A DNA stretch of 64,000 nucleotides from Candidatus Latescibacterota bacterium (GCA_965248355.1 OZ252098.1:4256001-4320000); one strand, 5' to 3'. Positions 9,064 to 19,533 are shown, numbered from the stretch's first letter. A program made the numbers and translations. Notes: generated by a model not told the origin, from the sequence alone.

Positions 9064-10205
9064 ACCTCGTCCGCAAAGACTCCGTCCTCCCCGCCGAGCA
9101 CGGCGTCATCGCCAGCTACCCCGACGACTTCTACGGCTACTTCGGCTGGCCCACCATCGCCCGCATGCCGGACGGCACCCTCGTGGCCGCCGCCTCGGGG
9201 CTGCGCAACGCCCACGTCTGCCCTTTCGGGCGCAGCGTGTTCTTCCGCAGCAGCGACGAGGGCCGGACCTGGACGAGCCCCCGGGTGGTCAACGACTCCC
9301 CCCTCGACGACCGCGATACCGGCCTGGTGAGCTGCGGCGGCGAGCGACTGCTGCTGACGTGGTTCACCACCGACCTGCGGGCCTCGGCGGAGAAACGCAT
9401 GGAGGGGATCGACGCCGCCACCCGGGCCCGCTGGCAGGAGGGGATCGCGCGGATCGACGACGACAACGCCGCCCGCTGGGTCGGCGCCTGGTGCCGCATC
9501 AGCGAGGACGCCGGCGAGACCTGGTCCGAGCCGATCAAGGTGCCGCAGACGACGCCCCACGGGCCGGTCCGGCTGCGCGCCGGCGGGCTGGTCTTCCTGG
9601 GCAAGCTCTTCGAGACCGACATGGCCGGCTTCAAGGGCGGGGTGGGCGCCATCGTGGCCACCCGCAGCCAGGACGGCGGCCGCACCTGGCAGCCCCTGGG
9701 GACGGTGCCTCTCTACGAGGGCTCCACCGAGCAGAACTACCACGAGGCCCACGTGGCCGAGCTGCCCGACGGCAAGTTGGTGGGGCTGATCCGCTTCGAG
9801 CGCGGCGGCGGCGTCCACCCGAAGGACCTCGGGCTGCAGGACTTCATCCACATGTACACGGAGTCGACCGACGGCGGCCGCACCTGGACGCGGACCGAGC
9901 CCATGGACTTCCACGGCTGTCCTCCGCACCTGCTCGTGCACTCGAGCGGTGCTCTCGTCTGCGCCTACGGGCGCCGCCGCGAGCCCTTCGGCGAGCGCGT
10001 CATGATCAGCCGCGACGGCGGCGCCACCTGGGAGTATGACTACGTCCTGCGCGACGACGGGCCCGACGGCGACCTGGGCTATCCCTCCAGCGTCGAGCTC
10101 GACGACGGCAGCATCCTCACCGCCTACTACCAGAAGCCGGCTACGGCGCGGGACAAGTGCGCCTTTCTGTGGAGCCGCTGGCGTCTGCCAGGAGAATCAC
10201 CGTGA
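9060..10205 (+). CDS. Sialidase-family/BNR-repeat beta-propeller protein
   Basis: Several Asp-boxes (SSDEGRTW, SQDGGRTW, STDGGRTW, SRDGGATW) and DLGYPSSVELDDG; ATGA coupling to the upstream gene. Confidence 0.85.
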   Translation: MNLVRKDSVLPAEHGVIASYPDDFYGYFGWPTIARMPDGTLVAAASGLRNAHVCPFGRSVFFRSSDEGRTWTSPRVVNDSPLDDRDTGLVSCGGERLLLTWFTTDLRASAEKRMEGIDAATRARWQEGIARIDDDNAARWVGAWCRISEDAGETWSEPIKVPQTTPHGPVRLRAGGLVFLGKLFETDMAGFKGGVGAIVATRSQDGGRTWQPLGTVPLYEGSTEQNYHEAHVAELPDGKLVGLIRFERGGGVHPKDLGLQDFIHMYTESTDGGRTWTRTEPMDFHGCPPHLLVHSSGALVCAYGRRREPFGERVMISRDGGATWEYDYVLRDDGPDGDLGYPSSVELDDGSILTAYYQKPATARDKCAFLWSRWRLPGESP

Positions 10206-11980
10206 AATCGCTGGCCTCGGCGGCGATCCTGGCGGCCATCCTGGTTTCCGGCCGCGGCACCGCGGGGGAGCCGGAGAACCAGTTCCCGAATCCCGGATTC
10301 GACGAGTTCAGCGGCGATCTGCCCGCGGGCTGGAGTGTCGATTCCTGGAACCAGCCGGCGACCAAGGTGGGCATCGGCAGGCTGGCGCCCGGCCGCGGCG
10401 GCACGGGTACCTGCCTGGAGATCGAGGCCGGGACGCCCATGTCGGTGACCACCCTGCGCAGCCAGGTCTTCCCCGTCACCGCGGACCGGGACTACCTCTT
10501 CAAAGGCTACTACGCATCCACGAGTCGGGGCATCACCACGAAAGACCACTGGACGGACGCCGACGGGGTCTCCCTCGGCGGCCACTGGCTGGACGACGGA
10601 GAGGAGAAGGTCGGTTCCTTCGCGATCGTGCTGCCGGACACCCAGGACCGCTGGATCGAGGTCTTTCAGCAGGTGCGTCCACCCGAGGGTGCGCGGGCTC
10701 TGCAGGTCGTCGTGACCCGGCGATGGGTGGGCGGCCGGCTGCGTCTGGACGATTTCTCGCTGCGGCCGGGCACGATCAGGGACTACGAGGAGGAATTCTC
10801 CATCTCCGAGGTGGAGGACGAGGACTTCTTCCCCATCTACGGCTGGCTGACCCCGGGCAGCCCCGCGCCCCAGTACGAGGGCATGGACACGGACCAGTAC
10901 CACGCCGAGTACGCGGTGGCGAACTTCAACATCAATCTCGAGCTGGATGAATACGCGGGTTTCGGGGTGAAGTACCGCCCCCTCGGCGAGCTCGACGACG
11001 CCAGGATGGCCGCCGCGGACAGCGATCCACGGGTGTGGTGGCTGGGCGGAGCCAGCGAACCCGGGGAGGAGGAGTTTCCGCGCCTGGCACGGATGAACGA
11101 ACGGGTCCGGCGGCTGGCGCCCTCCAAGGGATACTGGGTGAACCTGTTTCCCACGTACGCCGACGACTTCCACGGCGATCCGGAGGAGTACGACCACCAC
11201 GTCCGGACCTTCCTGGAGACGGTGAAGCCGTCGCTGTTCACCTATGACCACTACTGCATGGTCGGCAGGGACCCGCGCCTTCACGCCGACAGCTGGTACA
11301 GCCCCAACCGCAAGGGGGACTACTTCTCCAACCTGGAGATCGTGCGCCGGCGTTCTCTCGAGACGGACGTAGAGTTCGGGGTGATCGTCTCCGTGGGGTC
11401 CTTCGGGCCGGTGCGCGGGGCGAGCGAAGCGGAGTTGCGCTTCCAGGCCTTCACCATCCTCGCGTACGGGGCCCGCTCGCTGGGCTGGTTCACCTACCTG
11501 ACGGAGATCCCTTACGGCCACTGGACCAACTGGGAGGACATGGTCATCAACCGCGACGGCACGCGGACTCGGCACTACTCGATGTTGAAGTACCTCAACG
11601 GGGAGGTGCTCGCCCTGGCGCCGGCGCTGCTGCGGCTCGAGTCGACGGGTGTGTACCACACGGAGCCGCTGCCGCCGCTGACCCGCCCCCTCGGGGAATC
11701 TGCGCTCGTGGCATCCATCAGCGGGGGAATGGGGCTGGTGGGCGAGTTCAGGTCCGCCGGGGATGGTCTGAACTACATGATGGTGGTGAACCGGGACTTC
11801 ATCGATCCGGCGACGTTTCGGGTAAGGCTTCGGGAGCCGGCGGACGACCTGCGGGAGATCTCAAAGCAGACCGGCCGGCCGCAACCGGTCGCCGGCTATG
11901 CGGCGGCGACGGGCGAACTGACGCTCGCCCTCGGCGCTGGAGACGGCCGCCTGTTCCGCCTCGGGGCGCCCTCGAGGTGA
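10202..11980 (+). CDS. Exported hypothetical protein: CBM-like N-terminal domain plus putative glycoside-hydrolase-like barrel
   Basis: GTG start overlapping the previous stop; signal peptide; NPGFD..G..P.GW jelly-roll start; NLFPTY, YDHY, YGARSLGWFTY. Confidence 0.6.
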   Translation: MKSLASAAILAAILVSGRGTAGEPENQFPNPGFDEFSGDLPAGWSVDSWNQPATKVGIGRLAPGRGGTGTCLEIEAGTPMSVTTLRSQVFPVTADRDYLFKGYYASTSRGITTKDHWTDADGVSLGGHWLDDGEEKVGSFAIVLPDTQDRWIEVFQQVRPPEGARALQVVVTRRWVGGRLRLDDFSLRPGTIRDYEEEFSISEVEDEDFFPIYGWLTPGSPAPQYEGMDTDQYHAEYAVANFNINLELDEYAGFGVKYRPLGELDDARMAAADSDPRVWWLGGASEPGEEEFPRLARMNERVRRLAPSKGYWVNLFPTYADDFHGDPEEYDHHVRTFLETVKPSLFTYDHYCMVGRDPRLHADSWYSPNRKGDYFSNLEIVRRRSLETDVEFGVIVSVGSFGPVRGASEAELRFQAFTILAYGARSLGWFTYLTEIPYGHWTNWEDMVINRDGTRTRHYSMLKYLNGEVLALAPALLRLESTGVYHTEPLPPLTRPLGESALVASISGGMGLVGEFRSAGDGLNYMMVVNRDFIDPATFRVRLREPADDLREISKQTGRPQPVAGYAAATGELTLALGAGDGRLFRLGAPSR

Positions 11981-12004
11981 CCCGGCGCGGGTCCGCCGCC
12001 GCCG

Positions 12005-12964
12005 TCAGCTCTCCTTCGAGACCGCCTGGACCATGGCGGTGATGTAGCCGAACTGGAAGGCCCAGGCCTGGCGCACGCGTCCGGAGACGCCCGGAGGGGA
12101 CGCATCGTCCGGGTGACCGGGCGCGTGGTCCGGCATCAGCATGTACGGGTAGCCGACCTTGTGCAGCACCCGCGCCACCTCGTGCATGTCCACGTCGCCC
12201 TCGTCGGGCCAGACCTCCTGGAAGTCGTGCAGGCCCCCCTTGATGTTGCGGAAGTGGATGTTGAACAGCTTCCGGCGCTGGCCGAAACGCCGCACGATGT
12301 CGCACAGCTCCCGCCCCGGATCCTCCAACCCCTCGGAGGCGACGCCGCAGCAGAAGTTGAAGCCGTGGTAGTCGCTGTCCACCAGCTCGCTGAAGCGCGT
12401 CAGGCCCTCCATGACGGGCCAGTTCCAGCGCTCGACGCCGCGCAGCACCGGCGCCGGCGGATCGTCGAGGTGGCAGGCCATCTGCACGCGGTACTCCTCG
12501 GCCACCGGGATGACCCGCTCGAGGAAGTAGCGGGCGCGCTCGAAGCACTCGTCGCGGCTCACCTCCCCGGCCTCGGAGAGGGTGTCGTTGTCGAACTCCG
12601 ACAAGCGGAAGGTGCTGTACGAGGTCCCGCCCCGGCCGGGTGTTGACGGCGTCCGCTGGTGGGGGAGGACGCAGAAGTTGTAGTTGAGCCCGCGCAGGCC
12701 GGCGCGCCCCGCGTTCTCGATCCAGCGGCAGACCTCGTCGAGGTCGCGGTCCCGCTCCGGGTCCCGGGCGAGGGTGATGCTCCTGGGCAGGCCGATGTGG
12801 ATCATCTCCAGCTCCACGCCCTCCGCCGCCGCCGCCTCGCGGTGGCGCGTCAGCGTGTCGACCTCGTTGTCCTCGACGCTGGCGTCCATGTGCGTGACGC
12901 CGTGGCGCGTGAGGAACTGCAGCTCCTGGCGGCTCGTGCCGATGCCCTGCACTCCCGCGTACAT
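12005..12964 (-). CDS. uxuA: Mannonate dehydratase (UxuA family)
   Basis: NYNF, ACHLDDPP, HFRN, DEGDVDM, MPDH. Confidence 0.8.
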   Translation of the reverse strand: MYAGVQGIGTSRQELQFLTRHGVTHMDASVEDNEVDTLTRHREAAAAEGVELEMIHIGLPRSITLARDPERDRDLDEVCRWIENAGRAGLRGLNYNFCVLPHQRTPSTPGRGGTSYSTFRLSEFDNDTLSEAGEVSRDECFERARYFLERVIPVAEEYRVQMACHLDDPPAPVLRGVERWNWPVMEGLTRFSELVDSDYHGFNFCCGVASEGLEDPGRELCDIVRRFGQRRKLFNIHFRNIKGGLHDFQEVWPDEGDVDMHEVARVLHKVGYPYMLMPDHAPGHPDDASPPGVSGRVRQAWAFQFGYITAMVQAVSKES

Positions 12965-12968
12965 GCCT

Positions 12969-13700
12969 CTACCCCTCCTCCTCGCCGCCGTAGGGCTGGC
13001 CGGAGAAGATGGCGCGCACCTCGGCGGCCGACTTCGCCTTGGCGAGGCGGCCCATGCGCTCCTCCTCCTCCTCGCGCAGCTTGTGCAGGTTCTCCACCAC
13101 CTGCTCCAGCCGGTCGGCGGGGAACTTGCAGGCCCCGTTCTCGTCCATGTGGACGATCTCGCCCGGGGCCACGTCCATGCCGGCGATGTGGACGGGCACG
13201 TTCACGGCGTACACCTCCTGGCCGCCGTGGCCCGGCGTGATCCCGCTGAGCAGGTACTGGAACTTCATGGGGCGGATCTCGTCGATGTCCCGCGACGGCC
13301 CGTTGGAGATCGCCCCGACGGCGCCCATGGCCTTCATGGCCGTGGTCATGTTGCCGCCGGAGAGGCCGATCTTGCCGGCCAGCTCGGGCGGGAACTTCTG
13401 CTCGAAGCAGAACACGCTGGGCCGCTCCGAGGCGTCGATGGCGTCGAAGACGTCCATGCCGCTGAGCCGGCCGAAGCCCGGCTCCGAGGGGCCGTACACG
13501 GCGGTGACGGCGTACCCGGCCAGCGCCCCCAGCTCGGGGTACATGCAGCGCAGGCTGTGGTCCGTGTACCAGTTCTCGGTGAGCGGGTTGTAGAGCCCCA
13601 GGCACAGGGGGTGGGAGGGATAGGTGGCCACCACGTTGGTCACCGAGGGCGTGTCGAACTGGCGGATCTCCTGCAGCAGCTTGCGTTCCTTCTGTCCCAT
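12969..13700 (-). CDS. RraA/HMG-aldolase family protein
   Basis: DTPSVTN, GYAVT, GAISNGPSRDIDE, GMDVAPGEIVHMDENG. Confidence 0.85.
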   Translation of the reverse strand: MGQKERKLLQEIRQFDTPSVTNVVATYPSHPLCLGLYNPLTENWYTDHSLRCMYPELGALAGYAVTAVYGPSEPGFGRLSGMDVFDAIDASERPSVFCFEQKFPPELAGKIGLSGGNMTTAMKAMGAVGAISNGPSRDIDEIRPMKFQYLLSGITPGHGGQEVYAVNVPVHIAGMDVAPGEIVHMDENGACKFPADRLEQVVENLHKLREEEEERMGRLAKAKSAAEVRAIFSGQPYGGEEEG

Positions 13701-14062
13701 CAGGTCTCCTTTGGCAAGACGCGGACCTCGTCCTCCGCGTTCGGTACGACGCACAGGAACTCGAAGGGCTCGTCCCCTTCGACGGTGTAGGAATGGGGGA
13801 GCCGGGCCGGGATGTGCAGCGAGTCCCCCGCCTGCACCCGCACCTCCTCGTCGCCGAGGACGATCGTGGCCCGGCCGGCGAGCACGTACTGGCCGTGCTC
13901 GACCTCGTTGGTGTGCAGGGGCATGCCGCCGCCCGGCTCCATGACGAAACGGCGGATGGCGAAATGCGGCGACAGCTCGGGGCCGACCAGGACCTGGCGG
14001 GCGGCCGACGTGGCGCCGGCCACCTCCTCGAGGCCGATCTCCCCGGATCTGCGCAGGGTCAT
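13700..14062 (-). CDS. Cupin-domain protein
   Basis: PGGGMPLHTNEVEHGQYVLAG...IPARLPHSY. Confidence 0.85.
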   Translation of the reverse strand: MTLRRSGEIGLEEVAGATSAARQVLVGPELSPHFAIRRFVMEPGGGMPLHTNEVEHGQYVLAGRATIVLGDEEVRVQAGDSLHIPARLPHSYTVEGDEPFEFLCVVPNAEDEVRVLPKET

Positions 14063-15057
14063 GTGCTCCTCCTCTCATTGGCTGGACATCTGGCCGCGGC
14101 CTCCATGGCCGCGGTGTAGATCCTGCTCGCCGTCCACAGCCGCTCCTTCAACTCCTCGGGCACCTGCAGCCTCGTGCCGGCGGCCATCTCCTCCACGTGG
14201 GCCGGCGTCTCGGCGCCGCCGAGGACGCAGGTCACCTCGGGATGCGAGAGCACCCAGGCGACGCAGAGTTGGGCCCGGCTGACGCCCATCTCGGCGGCGG
14301 CCTCGTCGATCGCCGCGATCATCGTCTCCAGGGGGGAACCGCCCTCCACCGGCTCGCCCGGCGCCAGGGTGCCGCGGTCCATGGGGCCGAAGGCCAGCAG
14401 CCCGAGGCCCCGCTCCCGCACCAGGGGGAACATCTGCTCCTCGTAGCGGCGGACCCGCGCGCGGCCGTCGTCGTGGACCTTGGTGCCGCCCACGGTGTAG
14501 TAGTCCTCCAGCCCGCAGGGGGGCGTGGTGCCCGTCTCCCCGGCGGCCTTCAGCAGGGCCCGGACCGCCGCGGCCGTGTGGTTGGAGACCCCCCAGTGGC
14601 GGATGCGGCCCTCGTCGATCAGCCGCTGCATGTGCTCGCACTGGGCCTCGGGCGGGGTCTCGGGGTCGGGCTGGTGCAGCAGGTAGAGGTCGATCACCTC
14701 CATCCGCAGCCGGCGCAGGCTGGCCTCGCACTGCTGGCGCAGGAATTCCCGGGTGAAGGGGACGCGGTCCCAGGGGCCGTCGCCGGAGGGCTCCAGGCCG
14801 GGCAGGACCTTGGTGCAGATCACGACCTCGTCCCGCCGCCCCCGCAGGGCCTGGCCCAGCATGCGCTCCGAGCCCCCCCAGCCGTAGGCGGTGGCCGAGT
14901 CGAAGAAGGTGACCCCCACGTCGAGGCAGTGGTGGACCACGGCCTCGGCCCGCGGGTCCGTCTCGTCGCGGGCCAGGGTGCGGAAGGCCGTCCCCTGGCA
15001 CAGGCGGGTGACGCGCAGGTCGGTGGGGCCGAAGGCGGCGGTGGGCAGGGCGGTCAC
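14059..15057 (-). CDS. Aldo/keto reductase
   Basis: GTG start overlapping the phyH stop; GVTFFDSATAYG, SLRRLRMEVIDLYLLHQPD, GRIRHWGVSN. Confidence 0.85.
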   Translation of the reverse strand: MTALPTAAFGPTDLRVTRLCQGTAFRTLARDETDPRAEAVVHHCLDVGVTFFDSATAYGWGGSERMLGQALRGRRDEVVICTKVLPGLEPSGDGPWDRVPFTREFLRQQCEASLRRLRMEVIDLYLLHQPDPETPPEAQCEHMQRLIDEGRIRHWGVSNHTAAAVRALLKAAGETGTTPPCGLEDYYTVGGTKVHDDGRARVRRYEEQMFPLVRERGLGLLAFGPMDRGTLAPGEPVEGGSPLETMIAAIDEAAAEMGVSRAQLCVAWVLSHPEVTCVLGGAETPAHVEEMAAGTRLQVPEELKERLWTASRIYTAAMEAAARCPANERRST

Positions 15058-15860
15058 TTGTAAAGGGCCGATCCCTTGTCCTCGCGCCGGTAGTGGGGCG
15101 CGGAGATCACGGCCTGCTGCTCCGGCGTCAGCTCGTCGAAGAAGTCCGGCGGCGTGTAGGTGCCCATGATCCCCTCGGCCATGACGCCGGCGTTGTAGCG
15201 CAGGATGACGGTGCGGCGCTGGTGCTTCGCCGTCCACGGCAGGGCGCCGTGCATGAGGCACTCCACGAAGAGGACGCCGTCGCCGGCGCGGGCCGGGATC
15301 TGCGCGAAGCGGTCCTGGTGGGCCTCGTAGAGACGGATGTCGTCGGGGCAGGGGAAGTTGGCCCGGTGGCTGGCCGGCACGCAGGCGAAGCCGCCGTCGC
15401 CGGCCTCCACGTCGGTGAGCTGCACGGCGATGTTGGTCATGCCGCAGAACATGCGGCCGTTGCGGTAGTGGTAGCCCCGGGAGCGGTCGTGGGGCTCGCC
15501 GCCCTCGTGGAACCAGAAGCCCTCGGCGCCTTCGTCCATGGTGATGATGCTCAGCCCCTCGAGGCGGAACCCGGGGCCCAGCAGCTCCTCGAGGAAGCGC
15601 CGGCTGTTGGCGTGGGCGATCATCTCGCGGAAGACGTCGCAGTGCGGCTTTTCCCAGGTGAGCATGCCGCCGAGGTCGCCGCGGCCCTGAGTGCCCTCGA
15701 GGGTCCGCGAGCCGTTGGCCAGGTCGCACGGACGGATCCCGATGTCGCCGGCATGGCTGTCCACGGCGGCGTTCGCCGCCCGCACCTCCTCGGGCGACAA
15801 CAGCCCCTCGATGACCAGATACCCGTGCACGTCGAAGAGGTACTTCTCCGCTTCCGTCAT
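15054..15860 (-). CDS. Phytanoyl-CoA dioxygenase (PhyH) family
   Basis: FDVHGYLVIEGLLS, HEG, GGFACVPASHR, AGDGVLF..HG, RRTVILRY. Confidence 0.85.
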   Translation of the reverse strand: MTEAEKYLFDVHGYLVIEGLLSPEEVRAANAAVDSHAGDIGIRPCDLANGSRTLEGTQGRGDLGGMLTWEKPHCDVFREMIAHANSRRFLEELLGPGFRLEGLSIITMDEGAEGFWFHEGGEPHDRSRGYHYRNGRMFCGMTNIAVQLTDVEAGDGGFACVPASHRANFPCPDDIRLYEAHQDRFAQIPARAGDGVLFVECLMHGALPWTAKHQRRTVILRYNAGVMAEGIMGTYTPPDFFDELTPEQQAVISAPHYRREDKGSALYK

Positions 15861-16004
15861 TCCCCTTCCGGTCACCGGTGCTCTCCTTTCTCCGCGGGGG
15901 GCGCTAAGCTAACCAAGCGGCGGGCCCGGAGACAGCCGCCGGCGCCTTGACGCGCCCACGCGCGGGACCGCTTATATCGGCGGCACCTCACCGAAAGGGA
16001 GCCG

Positions 16005-17213
16005 ATGGCCAAGAGCAAGGGCAAGCGGGTGAACCTGGCGATCGTGGGCTGCGGCGGCATGGCCGGCGCCCACCTGCGCGGCTACAAGGAGCTGCTGCAG
16101 CGGGGCGAGGACCGCTTCCGCATCGTCGCCGCCGTGGACGAGGCGAAGGAGCGGGCCGAGGGATTCGCCGACCGCCTCGCCTCCGGGGCGGGTTGGGAGG
16201 TGGCCGCCTTCGGCAGCGTCGACGACCTGCTCGACAGCGGCCTCAAGGTGGACGGCGCCGACATCTGCAGCCCCCACGGCCTCCACCACGTCCTCGGCTG
16301 CCAGCTGCTGCGCGCCGGCGTCAACGTGCTCATCGAGAAGCCGATCGGGATCACCGTGAAGGCCTCGAAGAAGATCGCCGCCACCGCCCGGCGGCGGGGC
16401 CTGGTGGCGGCCACCGCCGAGCAGTGCCGCCGCGCCATCGGCCAGCGCACCATCCACTGGGCCTTTGACGACGGGCTGCTCGGCGAGCCGGTCATGTGGT
16501 GGGCGATCAAGGCGGGCTGGCAGGACCCGGAGCCCGTGGGCGGCTGGAGCTGGCGCGCCGACCGCAGGCTGGGCGGCTGCGGCATGGTCATGGACTCCGG
16601 CGCCCACTGGGTCGACACGATGAGATACTGGTTCGGCGAGATCGACTCCGTCTTCGCCCGCGTCGAGCAGATCCGCGACCGCCGCTTCCGCAAGGGCGGG
16701 CGCGTCGTCAAGGGCGCCCAGGAGGACTTCTGGACGGCGATCTTCAACTTCAAGAGCGGCCTCGCCGGCACCTGGTCGTGGACGATCTCGGCGCCGGGCA
16801 AGGGCTTCACCCAGCTGACCCTGGCCGGCACCCGCGGATCGATCGTCGACTCCGACATCTTCCACCCCGCCGCCTTCCAGGCCAACGGCGAGTGCCAGCT
16901 CATCGACGGCACCACCTACAGCATGGGCAAGCTGCAGCAGATGTATCGCGACACGCTGTCCGCCAAGCGACGCGAGGAGCTGTTCCCCTACGGCATCACC
17001 GCCGGCGTGCCCCTGGAGCTGTGGGACTTCATCGACGCCCTCTCCCGCGGCCGGCCCGTGGAGATCGACGCCGAGGAGGGGATGCGCTCCAAGGCGGTGA
17101 GCGAGGCGATCTACGAGTCGGGCAAGTCGGGGCAGGTGGTCAAGGTGGCCGACGTCGTGTCCGGCAAGGTCGACGCCTGGCAGCGCGACCTGAACGACTA
17201 CTGGAATCTTTGA
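16005..17213 (+). CDS. Gfo/Idh/MocA oxidoreductase
   Basis: AIVGCGGMA, NVLIEKP, DSGAHWVD. Confidence 0.9.
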   Translation: MAKSKGKRVNLAIVGCGGMAGAHLRGYKELLQRGEDRFRIVAAVDEAKERAEGFADRLASGAGWEVAAFGSVDDLLDSGLKVDGADICSPHGLHHVLGCQLLRAGVNVLIEKPIGITVKASKKIAATARRRGLVAATAEQCRRAIGQRTIHWAFDDGLLGEPVMWWAIKAGWQDPEPVGGWSWRADRRLGGCGMVMDSGAHWVDTMRYWFGEIDSVFARVEQIRDRRFRKGGRVVKGAQEDFWTAIFNFKSGLAGTWSWTISAPGKGFTQLTLAGTRGSIVDSDIFHPAAFQANGECQLIDGTTYSMGKLQQMYRDTLSAKRREELFPYGITAGVPLELWDFIDALSRGRPVEIDAEEGMRSKAVSEAIYESGKSGQVVKVADVVSGKVDAWQRDLNDYWNL

Positions 17214-17229
17214 AAGAGGAGAGAAGAGG

Positions 17230-18438
17230 ATGAGCCGCAAGTACGCCGTGCGCGCCGTGGGCTGCGATCACCGGGCCGCCGACGAGGAAGTCTACGAGGC
17301 GCTGAAGCGCGCCACCGATCCGCTGACCCGGTCCTGGGAGAAGCTGGAGAAGGCGGGGCGAATCGCCCTCAAGTTCAACATGGGCCACACCAAGGTGGAG
17401 AGGTTCGAGGGCCGCCGCCGCGAGCTGGTGGACGACGCCGTCTGCCGCGCCGTGCTGCGCCTGCTGAGGGAGCGCACCTCGGCGAGCCTGGTGGCCAGCG
17501 ACACCTTCGGACGCGAAGCCGACGGGGAGACCACTCCCTACTTCAACTACAAGCCCCTCCTCGACGAGTTCGGCGTCGAGTACGACGAGTCGAACCTGCC
17601 TCCCTTCGCCGAGTACGAGGTGCCCGGGGGCGGCTACATGTTCCGGCGCTACACCCTCAGCCGCTGCTGGCAGGAGGCCGACGAGGTGATCTCCGTGGCC
17701 AAGATGAAGAACCACCTCTTCATGGGCGTGACCCTGTGCATGAAGAACCTCTTCGGTCTGACGCCGACGATCCCGCCCGAGGGACGCGTGCGCAGCTACT
17801 TCCACCACGCCATCCGGCTCTCCTACGTGCTGCCCGACCTGGCGCGCATCACCAACCCCTGCCTCAACATCATCGACGCCCTCACCGGCCAGTGGGGCCG
17901 CGAGTGGGGCGGCGAGGGCCGCCTCTGCAATGCCCTCGTCGCCGGCGACCAGATCGTGGCGACCGACGCCGTGGGCGCCCACCTCATGGGCCACGACCCC
18001 GCCTCGGACTGGCCGCAGCCGCCCTTCCGCCGCGACCGCAACCACCTCCTCGTGGCCGCCGAGGGCGGGTTCGGCACCGTCGATCTCGACGAGATCGACC
18101 TGGTGAGCGAGGTGCAGGCGCCGCTCAACGAGTTCGACTCGGTGGAGGAGGACCCGCCCGAGCACATGGCCACGGTGCGGGAGACCGCCTGCGAGCAGGG
18201 ACTCTGGTACCGGGACCGCCGCCGCGAGATGGTCGACCGCTACTCGGGCGACTTCATCTACCTGCAGGACGGCGAGGTGAAGTGGAGCGGCCCGGACCCC
18301 TCCCACATCGGCAGCCACCGGGACTTCGCGGGCAGCCGGCCCGGCAGCGCTCTTTTCCTGAAGCTGGTGGACCCGGAGGAGCGGGAGGGGGAGCGCTTCG
18401 TGGTCTACGAGGAGGGTTTGGGGCGCCTGCGCGCCTGA
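17230..18438 (+). CDS. DUF362-domain protein
   Basis: ALKFN, ISVAKMKNH..MGVTLCMKNLFG, DAVGAHLMG. Confidence 0.8.
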   Translation: MSRKYAVRAVGCDHRAADEEVYEALKRATDPLTRSWEKLEKAGRIALKFNMGHTKVERFEGRRRELVDDAVCRAVLRLLRERTSASLVASDTFGREADGETTPYFNYKPLLDEFGVEYDESNLPPFAEYEVPGGGYMFRRYTLSRCWQEADEVISVAKMKNHLFMGVTLCMKNLFGLTPTIPPEGRVRSYFHHAIRLSYVLPDLARITNPCLNIIDALTGQWGREWGGEGRLCNALVAGDQIVATDAVGAHLMGHDPASDWPQPPFRRDRNHLLVAAEGGFGTVDLDEIDLVSEVQAPLNEFDSVEEDPPEHMATVRETACEQGLWYRDRRREMVDRYSGDFIYLQDGEVKWSGPDPSHIGSHRDFAGSRPGSALFLKLVDPEEREGERFVVYEEGLGRLRA

Positions 18439-18599
18439 CAGCCGGCCGCCGATACTGAGGCTCTTGGGTCGCCACGGACCCGTCCGTGCCGGTGGGGGTG
18501 ATCAGATTTGTGCTCGGGCCCGAAGCGGCTTCTTGGCCGGGGGGACGTTCTCCGGTCAAGTGCCCCGAAGGGAGTCAAATCGAAGTACGGAGAACCATC

Positions 18600-19533
18600 A
18601 TGAAAACGCACGGCCGCTGCTCAACTATCGTCGTAGTCCTCTGTGCGTTATGCGCCCAGATCGACGCAGAATGCGGGATCACCGCAGACGAATCACAGAT
18701 TCAGATCTGGGTCAAGGAGGGTTATGATGAGTTGGTTGAACAGCTCAGGTTGACCTCGGACGAAGGGGGAGTAGAGATTGGGTATCCATTATGGGACGAC
18801 CTGAGTGCTGAAATGGGTCTTGGAAGAATCCAGGCGTTTCCGGACAATACGGAGAGGGGACGTCGGTTATTCGTACTGGACTTTTTCGGGGAGAGTGATC
18901 TGAACGAGATAGTCAGACGGTATTGCGAATTGCCTTTTATCGGTGAGATGGCGACGGATCGGGCTGGTATTGGTAAGGGAGGGTACGCCCGACACGCTGG
19001 CAGTAGTGAGAAGAACCAATGACGAGGAGGATGGAGATTTACCGGAGACAACCTGCGGGGATCTCCAGCGTATCGAGGTTTATCTGGGTGATGATAGCGT
19101 CATAGACGTCCAGGATGGCGCCGCGCTTTTCGGTTTCGAGGTGTTTATCTACGATGATTCGGGCAATGAGATGAGATTCTGGTCCTTGGCGAATGTATTC
19201 CTGCCCAACATCCAAGGAGGGTTTGTGAGAGAAGGGCATCTGGCCGCAGATGGTTGGGAAGAGATCTACCTGCTCTTCGATTTCCGAGACGAGAGTTACA
19301 CGGGACCTGAGCCCGGTGAAATAGAGCGGGTGGTTCTCGAGATGACCCTGGCCAACGAATACTACTTTGAGGTTTATCTCAACGGAATACTGGAAGTGAA
19401 CGCCCGTGCTTTGGGAAACATCCGGGATCTTTCGAATAAAGTGATCATACGTATCGAGGTCGTCGAAGAAGGGCAGGGGCGTGTCACCTTTATTGAGCCG
19501 GCATCGTGGGCTCAGGTGAAGGGATCCTTTTGA
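18600..19533 (+). pseudogene. Exported protein split over two overlapping frames (18600-19022 and 18943-19533), with a C-terminal SWxxVK tail
   Basis: Lower-GC segment. ORF1 has an N-terminal hydrophobic/signal segment. ORF2 lacks a convincing start and ends TFIEPASWAQVKGSF. Could also be two genes. Confidence 0.5.

Noticed and set aside
18439..18599. Possible riboswitch or ncRNA in the GC-rich leader
   Set aside because: Short hairpins only; no recognisable consensus. An Rfam/Infernal scan would be needed.
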